Origin: Malacoraja senta | Lineage: Eukaryota | Length of the DNA: 64,000 bases | Reading direction: 5' to 3' | Assembly (NCBI GenBank): GCA_038087875.1 | Contig: CM075985.1 | Location: 21,018,001-21,082,000 of the forward strand | Shown: positions 63,811 to 64,000 of the stretch, piece by piece | Position numbering within the stretch: position 1 is the stretch's first letter | Layout of the letters: every line of letters starts with the position of its first letter | Notes under the pieces: generated by a model | Told to the model about the DNA's origin: nothing | Database searches by the model: none | Seen by the model: the letters and a program-made list of their open reading frames with translations, nothing else | Translations under genes and position numbers: made by a program

Positions 63811-64000
63811 CCAGAATAAACAAAATGCTGGAGTAACTCAATGGGAGTACCCCTGGAGTATGTGGATCTGTTCGGGTCAGGATCTTCTTCACACTTGTCA
63901 GTGGATGTGATATTTTCGGTACACTTCACATGGAGTAGTAAATAGAAAATAGAGAGCAGGTAAGCGGGCGGCCCTTCTCAGGTTGGCACAGTGCAACATG

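Overview
Eukaryotic, AT-rich, repeat-dense genomic DNA, most likely from a cartilaginous fish such as a skate or ray. That assignment is inferred from the shark/ray-type CR1 LINEs, a V-SINE and Penelope remnants. The whole window appears to be intronic. The only host coding sequence I can support is one 96-nt exon on the minus strand (23836-23931) of TBC1D22A, a Rab-GAP gene. Nearly all ORFs in the track are transposon fragments or noise. DNA elements: a near-intact Passport-like Tc1 transposon with only two visible lesions, a second decayed Tc1, two non-autonomous PIF/Harbinger elements and a non-autonomous Helitron. Retroelements: a 5'-truncated L1 with TSD, many CR1, L2 and Rex-Babar LINE fragments (several nested), a V-SINE and many short Penelope-derived repeats carrying hammerhead-ribozyme-like cores. 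Most interesting observations: (1) the TSD-flanked 149-bp hammerhead-bearing Penelope-derived mini-element and its relatives; (2) a perfect 41-bp hairpin that arose inside a decayed CR1; (3) a GC-rich, structured non-coding retroposon that borrows a Rex-type LINE 3' tail; (4) the resurrectable Passport-like element; (5) an internal palindrome shared by two otherwise different Harbinger elements. No prokaryote-type systems (CRISPR, operons) are present. Boundaries of old, decayed repeats are approximate.
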